Notes under the pieces: model-generated
Database searches by the model: none
What the model was told of the DNA's origin: nothing
The model's input: the letters and a program-made list of their open reading frames with translations, nothing else
Source: a virus
Strand: one strand, 5' to 3'
DNA length: 60,180 bases
Virus record (IMG/VR): IMGVR_UViG_3300031965_000029
Span: 1-60,180 of that record
In this document: positions 1 to 7,620 of the stretch, piece by piece
Position numbering within the stretch: the stretch's first letter is position 1
Layout: each line of letters begins with the position of its first letter
Program-made: the position numbers and the translations under genes

Positions 1-119
1 ATACCGATTTTATACGGGTTCCGAAATTTAGGCGCCACGCGGGAGAGGGTAGGTACTCCTATACGAAGACGGGGGGGCGGTCCCCCCAAGGTGGGGGTGC
101 GGGCGCGCGGTGGGGTAAG
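1..119. repeat. Left copy of an exact 119-bp end duplication (identical to 60062-60180); circular-assembly overlap or terminal redundancy
   Basis: Direct comparison of both window ends: ATACCGATTTTATACGGG...GCGCGGTGGGGTAAG is present at both. Confidence 0.95.
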
Positions 120-234
120 AGTACCCCCCACCCCCCTGTATGTGTAGGCGGTAGGGATGGAATGCGCCCTGGCCTGAGACTGAGGGCAGATCGTGGGTGC
201 TACGGGTTAGGGCATGGTGTGTGGTGTGGCATGG

Positions 235-255
235 GCGCGGTGCGCGGTGCGCGGT
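235..255. repeat. Tandem heptamer GCGCGGT x3, immediately after TGGCATGG (227-234)
   Basis: Read directly: gcgcggt gcgcggt gcgcggt within a 400-bp non-coding GC-rich block. Confidence 0.9.
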
Positions 256-400
256 GTGCGTATCGAGTGCCTCACCTCACGGCATGGCACACCTCACTGC
301 ATCCCGGCCATACTACGATCTGGCATAGTGTTCCCATTTAGTTCGTTAATGTTCACGATTTGTCGTTGAGCGCGCGGTTGATAACGCGCACCATTGCACG

Positions 401-898
401 TCACGTTGACGATAGCGCACGTTGATCGTCCTTGTAATGCCAGCCACCCCAGCCACGGCGGCAACGTGTGGCAATGGCGGCGCGCGTCAAGCCAAGGATA
501 TCTGCGGCAACGGCGGCGCTTGGGTACTCAACACCATATGGGTCAATGACGGCGCGGCGCTTTGGATGGTTCTCTCTGTCTCTAAGGTGCGCATAGTCCC
601 CTGTCCTAGTCCATCCTTGTGCGATCTTGTCCTTGACGGTTTGGCGGCGCTTCTCAGTGACTTGATGCTGTGATAAATTTTCAGACGCCCTTATGATTTC
701 CACATTGTCCGGGCTGTATGGCCCCTCATCATTGAAGCGCGCCATGACATAGCCATTTCCCCTAAGCCCGCGCTCATGCAAATGGCCGCTCTTGCCCCAC
801 ACCTCAAGCCATTTCTCAAAGGTGAAGTCAAACTCGATTCCGCGCGCCCTGGCATTGGTGCGCTGGGTTTTGTATGCTTTCTTAAGGTTCTTGGTCAT
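401..898 (-). CDS. HNH-type homing-endonuclease-like protein (degenerate catalytic motif) with C-terminal HTH-like module
   Basis: 165-aa ORF. RGIEFDFTFEKW and GYVMARFNDEGPYSPDNVEII resemble HNH_3-type phage endonucleases, but no catalytic His is evident. The C-terminal GVEYPSAAVAADILGLTRAAIATRCRR looks like a NUMOD/HTH module. Similarity is from memory only. Confidence 0.5.
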   Translation of the reverse strand: MTKNLKKAYKTQRTNARARGIEFDFTFEKWLEVWGKSGHLHERGLRGNGYVMARFNDEGPYSPDNVEIIRASENLSQHQVTEKRRQTVKDKIAQGWTRTGDYAHLRDRENHPKRRAVIDPYGVEYPSAAVAADILGLTRAAIATRCRRGWGGWHYKDDQRALSST

Positions 899-914
899 TT
901 TATCGCCTCGTTTT

Positions 915-1079
915 GGTTTACATAACCATAAGCCCGCGCTCTCATTATGTAAACTAAAACAATCGCATAATCCATCTTCTGAATAATCGTGAATTGAGGA
1001 ATATCAAGGCGTTAGCATATTAGCGTGCGATTATATGAATATCCGCCTATCAGTTAGGAATACGTACTGGTTTACATCA
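915..1079. promoter_or_regulatory. Three copies of GGTTTACAT(A/C)A (915-925 direct, 945-955 inverted, 1069-1079 direct) in a divergent AT-rich intergenic region; candidate operator sites
   Basis: Read directly. The sites lie between the divergently oriented starts at 898 (-) and 1154 (+). Confidence 0.35.
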
Positions 1080-1153
1080 TGCACCATTACATATATATAT
1101 GTATGTATGGAAACTGAAAGGCGCGATCAAGCGCCAAGAGAGAGGATAAGATT

Positions 1154-1528
1154 ATGACTGATTTATGGGAAATGCAGAACCCGATTACAAGCTACCCCCA
1201 GTTTGAAGACGTTGAAGTCCCCGCATGGATTGAGCAGGACATTAGCCCGTATGATGTCGCGGGGATTGTTAAAGGCGGTTGTGCCAGTGGCGCTTACATG
1301 CCAGCGGTAACGTACTACAAGGCCCAGGAAACGATGAACGAACACGGCGACGATGTGCTGGATTACATTAATGACGTTGACCCGGCCATGCTGGTAATTC
1401 CGGGAGACGTGATTGAGGGCACGTCCTGGGCTGGTATCGCGGTTTACTACCTGTCAGTGGCGGTTGAATTGTGGGCAAGTGACGCCGAATCGGTTATGGC
1501 GAACGCGCCCGTTGACGGCGACGAGTAA
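1154..1528 (+). CDS. hypothetical protein (acidic, 124 aa)
   Basis: ORF track; GAGAGAGG SD-like sequence upstream of the ATG; first gene of a small rightward cassette. Confidence 0.65.
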   Translation: MTDLWEMQNPITSYPQFEDVEVPAWIEQDISPYDVAGIVKGGCASGAYMPAVTYYKAQETMNEHGDDVLDYINDVDPAMLVIPGDVIEGTSWAGIAVYYLSVAVELWASDAESVMANAPVDGDE

Positions 1529-1596
1529 CCTTCGCCCTTCCCCAGTGTGAGGCGCTGGGGAATAGTGAGAGTTAAACGAGAGAGAGGAGTCGAGTT

Positions 1597-1914
1597 ATGA
1601 AACGCCACATACACCTAAGCGGATTGAGCCTACAGGACGTAAAAGACATTCTTTCCAAAGGTCCGGGCTATAGAAAAGGCATTGACGCCAATGACAAGCG
1701 TTTAACGTTCCTTGAAAAGGCATATTCCGAAGACAAGCGCGACGATTACCGCATTGACAGGAAAACCTGGATTGAGCGCGATAATCAAGGCGAACGCTCT
1801 AGGCCTAGCAACCTTTCGGACTGGCCAGAATGCACGGTTGAAGACGCTGAATACACCCTGGCATGGGGTGTATGGTGTGATGCAGTACGATTTTATAATC
1901 TTGAAAATATGTGA
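1597..1914 (+). CDS. hypothetical protein (105 aa)
   Basis: ORF track; GAGAGAGGAG SD upstream of the ATG. Confidence 0.65.
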   Translation: MKRHIHLSGLSLQDVKDILSKGPGYRKGIDANDKRLTFLEKAYSEDKRDDYRIDRKTWIERDNQGERSRPSNLSDWPECTVEDAEYTLAWGVWCDAVRFYNLENM

Positions 1915-1928
1915 GAGAGGAAGCGAAA

Positions 1929-2261
1929 ATGAAAACGATGGAACAGATTACCAAATACATCAAATGTGGGGACCTTGTCGCGGCAAAACGTCTAGCAACG
2001 GCATACTTGGACGAGACAACGTCTAGCGGCGACAAAGCCCAGCGCCTTGTCAAGATGCAAAGCATTTTCGTCTATAGGCTAAAACATGACATCAGTAGAG
2101 AAGGCCTCGCGCGCATGGAAGCGGCGGCGCCTGAACTGTTGGCAGCGCTGAATACAGTAAATACATGGTTGATCGCGCCCGATACCGCACCCGAAACATG
2201 CGCGGAGATGCGGGCTATTACCCGCGCCGCAATCGCCAAGGCGAGAGGGGAGTCGCTATGA
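1929..2261 (+). CDS. hypothetical protein; C-terminal AAIAKARGE motif shared with the 9087-9725 product
   Basis: ORF opens at GTG 1911. ATG 1929 is preceded by GAGGAAG. Confidence 0.6.
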   Translation: MKTMEQITKYIKCGDLVAAKRLATAYLDETTSSGDKAQRLVKMQSIFVYRLKHDISREGLARMEAAAPELLAALNTVNTWLIAPDTAPETCAEMRAITRAAIAKARGESL

Positions 2262-2542
2262 AACTAGAAACAATTAGACGCAAAGCGCGTGCCCGATATA
2301 ACCGTCGTATCGTTTTAGGCGATTGCCCGGAGCGCGCCGCGTATAACGCCCTGCAATATATCAACGCTGAATTTGATACAGCGCTAAATGGGACTTATGG
2401 GGTTGAGACCATCAACTCCGAGTATCCCTTGAGTTACGTCAATACAGGCGATTCGTATCGTCCTACGATCTTGTGGGATTCCAAGACCAAGCTTTTTCAT
2501 GCAGTATCTTGGGGCGATCTTATTGAGCGCCATTACAAATGA
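2258..2542 (+). CDS. hypothetical protein (94 aa)
   Basis: ATG 2258 overlaps the upstream stop (ATGA). The ORF-track frame 2165-2542 has an implausible N-terminal extension. Confidence 0.6.
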   Translation: MKLETIRRKARARYNRRIVLGDCPERAAYNALQYINAEFDTALNGTYGVETINSEYPLSYVNTGDSYRPTILWDSKTKLFHAVSWGDLIERHYK

Positions 2543-2559
2543 TTCGAGGAGTCCTAACT

Positions 2560-2706
2560 ATGTCACACTATACCCAACGTTTTGAGCAAGCCTATATTGA
2601 AGCGCTTTATTTTACCAGTACTGGACCGGATACGGGTATCTCCCGGCGCGCTAAACTAAGCAAAGAAGCACGCCTTCATCGAGGGTGTACGCATGGCGGG
2701 GGATAA
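2560..2706 (+). CDS. small hypothetical protein (48 aa)
   Basis: Hand-translated, below the ORF-track cutoff: MSHYTQRFEQAYIEALYFTSTGPD...; GAGGAG lies 9 nt upstream. Confidence 0.4.
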   Translation: MSHYTQRFEQAYIEALYFTSTGPDTGISRRAKLSKEARLHRGCTHGGG

Positions 2707-2709
2707 GCC

Positions 2710-2799
2710 ATGAACCGCGCTCTACGAATCCTCAACACTGCCGCCCTGTATGTCGCGGCGTGGGCAATCGTCTGGTTTGCCCTGGTCATAACCGATTAA
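2710..2799 (+). CDS. small single-pass membrane peptide (29 aa)
   Basis: Hand-translated: MNRALRILNTAALYVAAWAIVWFALVITD. It is the last ORF before the terminator. Confidence 0.35.
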   Translation: MNRALRILNTAALYVAAWAIVWFALVITD

Positions 2800-2845
2800 C
2801 GCACCAGAGCAGCACCCGTGCCAGCCATACCCATCCTCTCAAACT

Positions 2846-2875
2846 CCCCCGGCCTAGCAAACCGGGGGCTTTTTG
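2846..2875 (+). terminator. Rho-independent terminator of the rightward cassette
   Basis: CCCCCGG (2846-2852), 9-nt loop, CCGGGGG (2862-2868), followed by CTTTTT. Confidence 0.8.
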
Positions 2876-2895
2876 TTGCCACTGAGGGGCGGGGC

Positions 2896-2916
2896 GGCGC
2901 ACGGCGCACGGCGCAC
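2896..2916. repeat. Tandem heptamer GGCGCAC x3. Its reverse complement is one mismatch per unit from the GCGCGGT repeat at 235-255
   Basis: Read directly. CCATGCCA (reverse complement of TGGCATGG) lies at 2945-2952. Confidence 0.9.
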
Positions 2917-3257
2917 GGCGGGCACACTCTCAGGCGCGCGCACGCCATGCCAGCATAAAAATACCCCGGCACCTACGAGAGGCCCCGGGGCAAGTCTGAG
3001 AGGGAATGTCGAAGTTTGGAGACTCGGACCGGGGGATTATACGCCATCGGCGCGCGCTGTCAACATACCCCGTGCGCGACGACAGGAATCGGGGTGCTGC
3101 CACGATACCCCGAACAACCATGACGCGGGCTGTACCGGGCCGACTCTACGGGTTTAAAATCCTAGCCCCCGCGTATGTGCACCTGCGTGGGACACGCCCC
3201 GAGCGGCGCCTGGGGTTAGAATTTCAGCAGAAATGGAAATTTATCCTAGCCTTGGAA

Positions 3258-3893
3258 TCAGTCCTGATCCGTGGGGCTATCAGGTTCAGCGGGCGATTCG
3301 GGGGGCGCCTCGTCCTCGACATCGATCACGTTACCATCGATCACCTTGGCACCGTCCCCAGGCTCCACGGGCGCTGCCAACGCCTCCTGGGACGCCTCCA
3401 AGATCGCGCCCAATATAGCGTTCAGGTTCAGTTCACCGTTTACCTCGACGTTCCTCTGGTCGCGCCATTCCTTCGGGCGCCGGTTCTTGAGCCAGAAAAT
3501 ACACGCGGTGGTGTCAGGGGGGACGTGCTCAACATAGGGCACGATAACCGGTTCTTCTGCACCAGCTGGCATGAAAATCTTAACCGCATCATACGAATAA
3601 CCCTTGGCTTTCTGGTAGAGCGAGCGGGCGATTTTATCATCAGCATGATTCTTGGAAATTTTTACGGCTGCGCAAAAGTCTTTATGCGTTGACTGCCATC
3701 TTACAACCGTTGAGACGTTTACCCCGAAGAATTCAGCGAGATCAACATCGGTTGCACCGAGTTTACACATGGCGCGGGCCTGCTCCACAAACTCAGGCTT
3801 GTAAACAGTTGGGCGTCCCATGACGGGCTTGGTTTGCGCGACTGCTGTATCCATGATGGTTTGATTATGTTGGATATGCAGGTGTGAGGTCAA
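3258..3893 (-). CDS. terS: Terminase small subunit (HTH type)
   Basis: GRPTVYKPEFVEQARAMCKLGATDVDLAEFFGVNVSTVVRWQ and FWLKNRRPKEWRDQ match the remembered signature of HTH-type small terminases. An alternative ATG is at 3854. Confidence 0.75.
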   Translation of the reverse strand: MTSHLHIQHNQTIMDTAVAQTKPVMGRPTVYKPEFVEQARAMCKLGATDVDLAEFFGVNVSTVVRWQSTHKDFCAAVKISKNHADDKIARSLYQKAKGYSYDAVKIFMPAGAEEPVIVPYVEHVPPDTTACIFWLKNRRPKEWRDQRNVEVNGELNLNAILGAILEASQEALAAPVEPGDGAKVIDGNVIDVEDEAPPESPAEPDSPTDQD

Positions 3894-3899
3894 GGGGGA

Positions 3900-4367
3900 T
3901 TATTTAACACGGGTTACGACGTAATACCGATACGGCTCGCCTTCGATCTTATCAGGTTCATGCAGGGAGAACATTTTTTCTGGATTATTTTTTTGGAACC
4001 TGAGCAGGGAGCAATACAGGGAGTGCTTAGTGCAACGCGGATAGGGGACGCGAAAGGCGGTTCCGACTTGGAGGCGTTTGAATGGGTATTGGGTTTGGGC
4101 TCCGGGTAGATGGGATGGGATATATGGGAGGGTGATGGTTTTGGGACGCTCCGTGATGGTTTTATTGATTTGCTGTAGCCGGTCGAGCAGTAGGTTTATG
4201 TTATCGACTTTTTCCTGAACCGGATGGATGAATTTTTCGTCTTCATCGCGGTTGTCGGTGATGACGATACCGGTGTCGGTTTTGGTGGCAACGATGGAAT
4301 CATCATCGGTTTTCCACCCCGTTGGTGTTGAGACCAGATTGTTAAATCGTTTGTGTTCTGTGGGCAT
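3900..4367 (-). CDS. hypothetical protein (155 aa)
   Basis: ORF track; GGAG SD before the ATG; lies immediately upstream of terS on the same strand. Confidence 0.65.
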   Translation of the reverse strand: MPTEHKRFNNLVSTPTGWKTDDDSIVATKTDTGIVITDNRDEDEKFIHPVQEKVDNINLLLDRLQQINKTITERPKTITLPYIPSHLPGAQTQYPFKRLQVGTAFRVPYPRCTKHSLYCSLLRFQKNNPEKMFSLHEPDKIEGEPYRYYVVTRVK

Positions 4368-4477
4368 AATTATCTCCGTTTTGGTGTTTCCTTGGTCAGC
4401 ATATCAGGCATGGAACAGGCGTCAACAAATTTCTAAATATCAGCAAAAAACCAACTTATATATAAGCAATTCATACC

Positions 4478-4666
4478 GTCTACACTTCAACTAGAATCGG
4501 TTTGGAACCCTAACCCTTAAGTGTGTATCAATATAGGTATAATATACTATTTTATATTACTTTATATAGTCCCACGCGTTTATATATAGATTATAGGGGT
4601 AGTTATACCATACATACTTAGACTTAAGACATAGCCTATTTTCCTGCATCTAGATGAAGTGTAGAC
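4478..4666. promoter_or_regulatory. 17-bp inverted repeat pair, GTCTACACTTCAACTAG (4478-4494) and CTAGATGAAGTGTAGAC (4650-4666), with one mismatch; candidate operators in an AT-rich divergent control region
   Basis: Read directly; 155 bp apart between the divergent genes at 4367 (-) and 4783/4876 (+). Confidence 0.4.
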
Positions 4667-4693
4667 ATTTAGACGGCCCTCAATCTATATATC

Positions 4694-4723
4694 TTGACTT
4701 ATATGGCATATTTAGCGTTTAAT
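4694..4723 (+). promoter_or_regulatory. Sigma70-like promoter for the rightward early operon
   Basis: TTGACT (4694-4699), 18-nt spacer, TTTAAT (4718-4723). Confidence 0.4.
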
Positions 4724-4875
4724 ATATTTTAGTATTGATTTTCAGGAATAAGTAGTGGTATGCATAACGATAGATTGGTGGTATGCCGAGAACAGGACCA
4801 GTGGACGATATATCATCGGACGCTAATATGATGCCACCTGACCACACCCTGACAACACGCCTGACGGAGAATAAA

Positions 4876-5553
4876 ATGGCCTATTATGCAGAAGGAAAAT
4901 CGACGCCCCTCGATGTCATCGGGCTTACCGATGAACAGTACAAAACGGGGGAGGAAGCGTTTGTGTGGCTACAAAACCATTTCTCGGCTTCGCGGGCCGC
5001 GCTGGAAGGGGCGTGGGATGGCACCGAGTTTGTTATCGCCTGCGCCGAGGATATGGGGGCCTTCTTGAAGGTGCTGAGATCGCCCGATGCGGAACGCCTG
5101 TTCCGGGGCCTGTTCGATGTGCGCCATGGCCGTTACCGCGCCCCGCGCCGCAGTCCTGATGCCGGGAAGCGGGCGCCGGTCCAGGTTATCCTGAAATACA
5201 CCGGCACCGATATGGAAACCTCCGAAATCTACGCCTCGGCGCGGCAAGCCGTGGGGTGGTCGCAGAACCAGTTGGCTCAGGCCGCTGGGGTGGCCGTGCT
5301 GACCGTCATCAACATCGAAAAAGGCCGCAGCAATGGACGCCCCGGTACCAGAATAGCCCTCACCGCTGCACTGGAGGCCGCTGGAGTGGTGTTCTCGCCG
5401 GGGATGGTGTCTTGGTACCCGCCGAGCGAAGATGACGCTGTAGACCCCCCGTATGGGGACAGTGGGCAGCGTGCCGACGATTACTCCGACGCCGACACTG
5501 GCGCCGGTCATGATAGCAGCCTTGGCGATGGCCTTGGCGAAGAACCGATTTAA
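4876..5553 (+). CDS. XRE-family HTH transcriptional regulator
   Basis: HTH_3-like WSQNQLAQAAGVAVLTVINIEKG. GGAG lies 7 nt before ATG 4876 (the ORF opens at 4783). Confidence 0.7.
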   Translation: MAYYAEGKSTPLDVIGLTDEQYKTGEEAFVWLQNHFSASRAALEGAWDGTEFVIACAEDMGAFLKVLRSPDAERLFRGLFDVRHGRYRAPRRSPDAGKRAPVQVILKYTGTDMETSEIYASARQAVGWSQNQLAQAAGVAVLTVINIEKGRSNGRPGTRIALTAALEAAGVVFSPGMVSWYPPSEDDAVDPPYGDSGQRADDYSDADTGAGHDSSLGDGLGEEPI

Positions 5554-5564
5554 AGGAGATCGAG

Positions 5565-5891
5565 ATGAATAAGAAACCGTACCGTCAAAACTTGCCGGGT
5601 ATTATATACCACAGCTTCCCCAACGATGAACCGCTGGTACAGGCCGAACTGATTAAGATGGGCCGCAAAACCCTGAAATGGTCCTGTGTGGATTTAGCCA
5701 TGGCTGCCGAGGTGGCGGAGCGTACCGTTAAGAAGGTCGAGGGCGACCCCTCCGGTCATCACAAGGATGAGATCGCCCTGCTCCGAGCCACGCTGGAGCG
5801 GCATGGGGTAAGATTTGAGCCCGGAATGGTGACAACATGGGGTGCGTCAGACATTGAGGCCCTGGAAAAGGCCACGAATAAGCCCCGCTGA
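5565..5891 (+). CDS. HTH DNA-binding protein, paralog of the preceding regulator
   Basis: LKWSCVDLAMAAEVAERTVKKVEG. The C-terminal HGVRFEPGMVTTW parallels AGVVFSPGMVSW in the upstream protein. AAAGGAG SD. Confidence 0.6.
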   Translation: MNKKPYRQNLPGIIYHSFPNDEPLVQAELIKMGRKTLKWSCVDLAMAAEVAERTVKKVEGDPSGHHKDEIALLRATLERHGVRFEPGMVTTWGASDIEALEKATNKPR

Positions 5892-5925
5892 CCCGTTGTA
5901 ACCGACCGCGTAACCGAGGAGATGA

Positions 5926-6114
5926 ATGATGACTGACACCGATGATACCAAGGGACCGTGGGTTCAGGGCGCCGGGAGAATGCTCCGGCGCAGAGCGGAA
6001 CTTGAAGCCTTGGAGGCCGTTCTTGCGGAGCGCGGAATTACGAAGGCGCAGGACGTTGACCCTAAGAAGGTTGCTGAACTGTATATGACTGGCTGGGAGA
6101 AAACCGATGACTGA
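5926..6114 (+). CDS. hypothetical protein (62 aa)
   Basis: ORF track; GAGGAG SD. Confidence 0.55.
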   Translation: MMTDTDDTKGPWVQGAGRMLRRRAELEALEAVLAERGITKAQDVDPKKVAELYMTGWEKTDD

Positions 6115-6805
6115 CCGCCCCCTGATCCTGACCGGCCCCGAAGTGCGGGCCGTCCTTGACTGCCGGAAGACGCAGTTCCGCCGCGTGTTGAAGCCGCAGC
6201 CGAACGCGCTGAACGGCGGGTTGCCCCTGAATAACGGGTACGGGGCATATTCCACCGAAGACGGCTGGAAAAAATATCCCTACGCCCCCGGTGACCGCCT
6301 CTGGGTCCGCGAGACTTGGCGTAGAGCGTGGCCAGCGTCATCGTATAGTGACGGAATTGTCTATATCGCCGATGCCCCAAAATCTTTAGGAATGGACGAG
6401 TATTCGACGCGCCACAAATGGAACCCCTCAACCCAAATGCCCCGCTGGGCCTCACGGCTAACGCTTGTTGTGACCGATGTCAAGGTGCAGCGTGTGGTGG
6501 ATATCTCCGAGGATGATGCCGTGGCGGAGGGCGTCACGTCGCGTCCCCGATGCAACGGGTTTAAGTCGGCTTACACTGGATGGTCAATGGACTGGTCCCG
6601 TGTCGGTCGGCATAGTAAGTATGCAGAAAGCGGCGTTTTGACAGAGCAAGACATTTCGCTTGGATCGGCTCGTCATGCATTTTTAAACTTTTTCAATGTT
6701 TTGTGCGGTGGTGATCGATGGAATGTCAGCGGCAAGCCTCCTGTTTGTGACGAGAACCCGTTGGTCGTCGCCGTGACGTTTGAAAAGGAGAGCCGTGATG
6801 ACTGA
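6107..6805 (+). CDS. ASCH-domain protein
   Basis: LILTGPEVRAVLDCRKTQFRRVLKPQP and RLWVRETW match remembered ASCH-domain phage proteins. Overlaps the upstream gene by 8 nt. Confidence 0.6.
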   Translation: MTDRPLILTGPEVRAVLDCRKTQFRRVLKPQPNALNGGLPLNNGYGAYSTEDGWKKYPYAPGDRLWVRETWRRAWPASSYSDGIVYIADAPKSLGMDEYSTRHKWNPSTQMPRWASRLTLVVTDVKVQRVVDISEDDAVAEGVTSRPRCNGFKSAYTGWSMDWSRVGRHSKYAESGVLTEQDISLGSARHAFLNFFNVLCGGDRWNVSGKPPVCDENPLVVAVTFEKESRDD

Positions 6806-7331
6806 TTTCTGGAATAAAAACACCGCGATCATATCGGAATGCGGTAAATACCGTTATCGGCTTTCCCGGCAATGGGACGGCGGGCATAAGCCGTGCCTGT
6901 TTATTATGCTCAATCCGTCCACCGCCGATGCCGATAAAGACGATCCAACGATTAGGCGCTGCATCAACTTCGCAAAATCATGGGGGCGGAACGAGTTGAT
7001 TGTGGTCAACCTGTTCGCGTATCGGGCGACGAGCCCAAAGGATATGATGGCCGCCGATGATCCTGTTGGCCCCGAAAACATGCAGCACGTCAAGGAAGCC
7101 GCCGATTATGTCATGCACGGCTGCGAATTGTTCCCGGATGGTGTCGGCCCCATCGTGTGCGCTTGGGGCGCTCATGGCACCTACATGGGCCAAGATCAAA
7201 CCGTTTTGGGATGGCTGGAGGACGTTTGTGCCACTCCGCTGGCGATGGCGCTTACCAAAGACGGGCAGCCCCGGCATCCGTTATATCTTGGGGCGCACCT
7301 CAGAGCGGTTCCGTACCTACCAGCGAAATAA
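6798..7331 (+). CDS. DUF1643-domain protein
   Basis: CGKYRYRLSRQW, LFIMLNPSTADADKDDPTIRRC, VVNLFAYRATSP and PRHPLYL are the DUF1643 signature. ATG 6798 overlaps the upstream stop. Confidence 0.75.
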   Translation: MTDFWNKNTAIISECGKYRYRLSRQWDGGHKPCLFIMLNPSTADADKDDPTIRRCINFAKSWGRNELIVVNLFAYRATSPKDMMAADDPVGPENMQHVKEAADYVMHGCELFPDGVGPIVCAWGAHGTYMGQDQTVLGWLEDVCATPLAMALTKDGQPRHPLYLGAHLRAVPYLPAK

Positions 7332-7398
7332 CCGGTTGACACGCCGCACCATGCGGGGTATTTATGGTGATATGTTGAAAGCTGAGATGGAGATTAAA

Positions 7399-7611
7399 AT
7401 GAAAGATTTCACGGGTGTTATAGTATTTATAGTATTGGGCATCATGGCAGCCTTCGCGGTGTTTGTGCCACTGATTACCCACGTCATGTGGTGCATCTCA
7501 AAAGCCGACCAAACCGGCTCCGCCATCGCCCTGTTAATTGTGGGGCTTGTTGTTCCTCCGGTCGGGTGGGTTCATGGGGTTGCTCTGTTTTTGGGGTACA
7601 CCTGGATTTAG
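7399..7611 (+). CDS. small two-pass membrane protein (70 aa)
   Basis: MKDFTGVIVFIVLGIMAAFAVFVPLI...ALLIVGLVVPPVGWVHGVALFLGY; GGAG SD. The long ORF-track frame from 7057 overlaps the DUF1643 gene. Confidence 0.6.
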   Translation: MKDFTGVIVFIVLGIMAAFAVFVPLITHVMWCISKADQTGSAIALLIVGLVVPPVGWVHGVALFLGYTWI

Positions 7612-7620
7612 GAGACCGAG

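Noticed and set aside
3006-3692. 228-aa plus-strand ORF spanning the non-coding block and terS
   Set aside because: It is antisense to the well-supported terS gene, has a Arg/Gly-rich shadow-frame composition and lacks an SD.
4783-4875. Upstream extension of the XRE regulator ORF (start 4783)
   Set aside because: There is no SD at 4783, whereas ATG 4876 has GGAG at optimal spacing. The true start remains uncertain.
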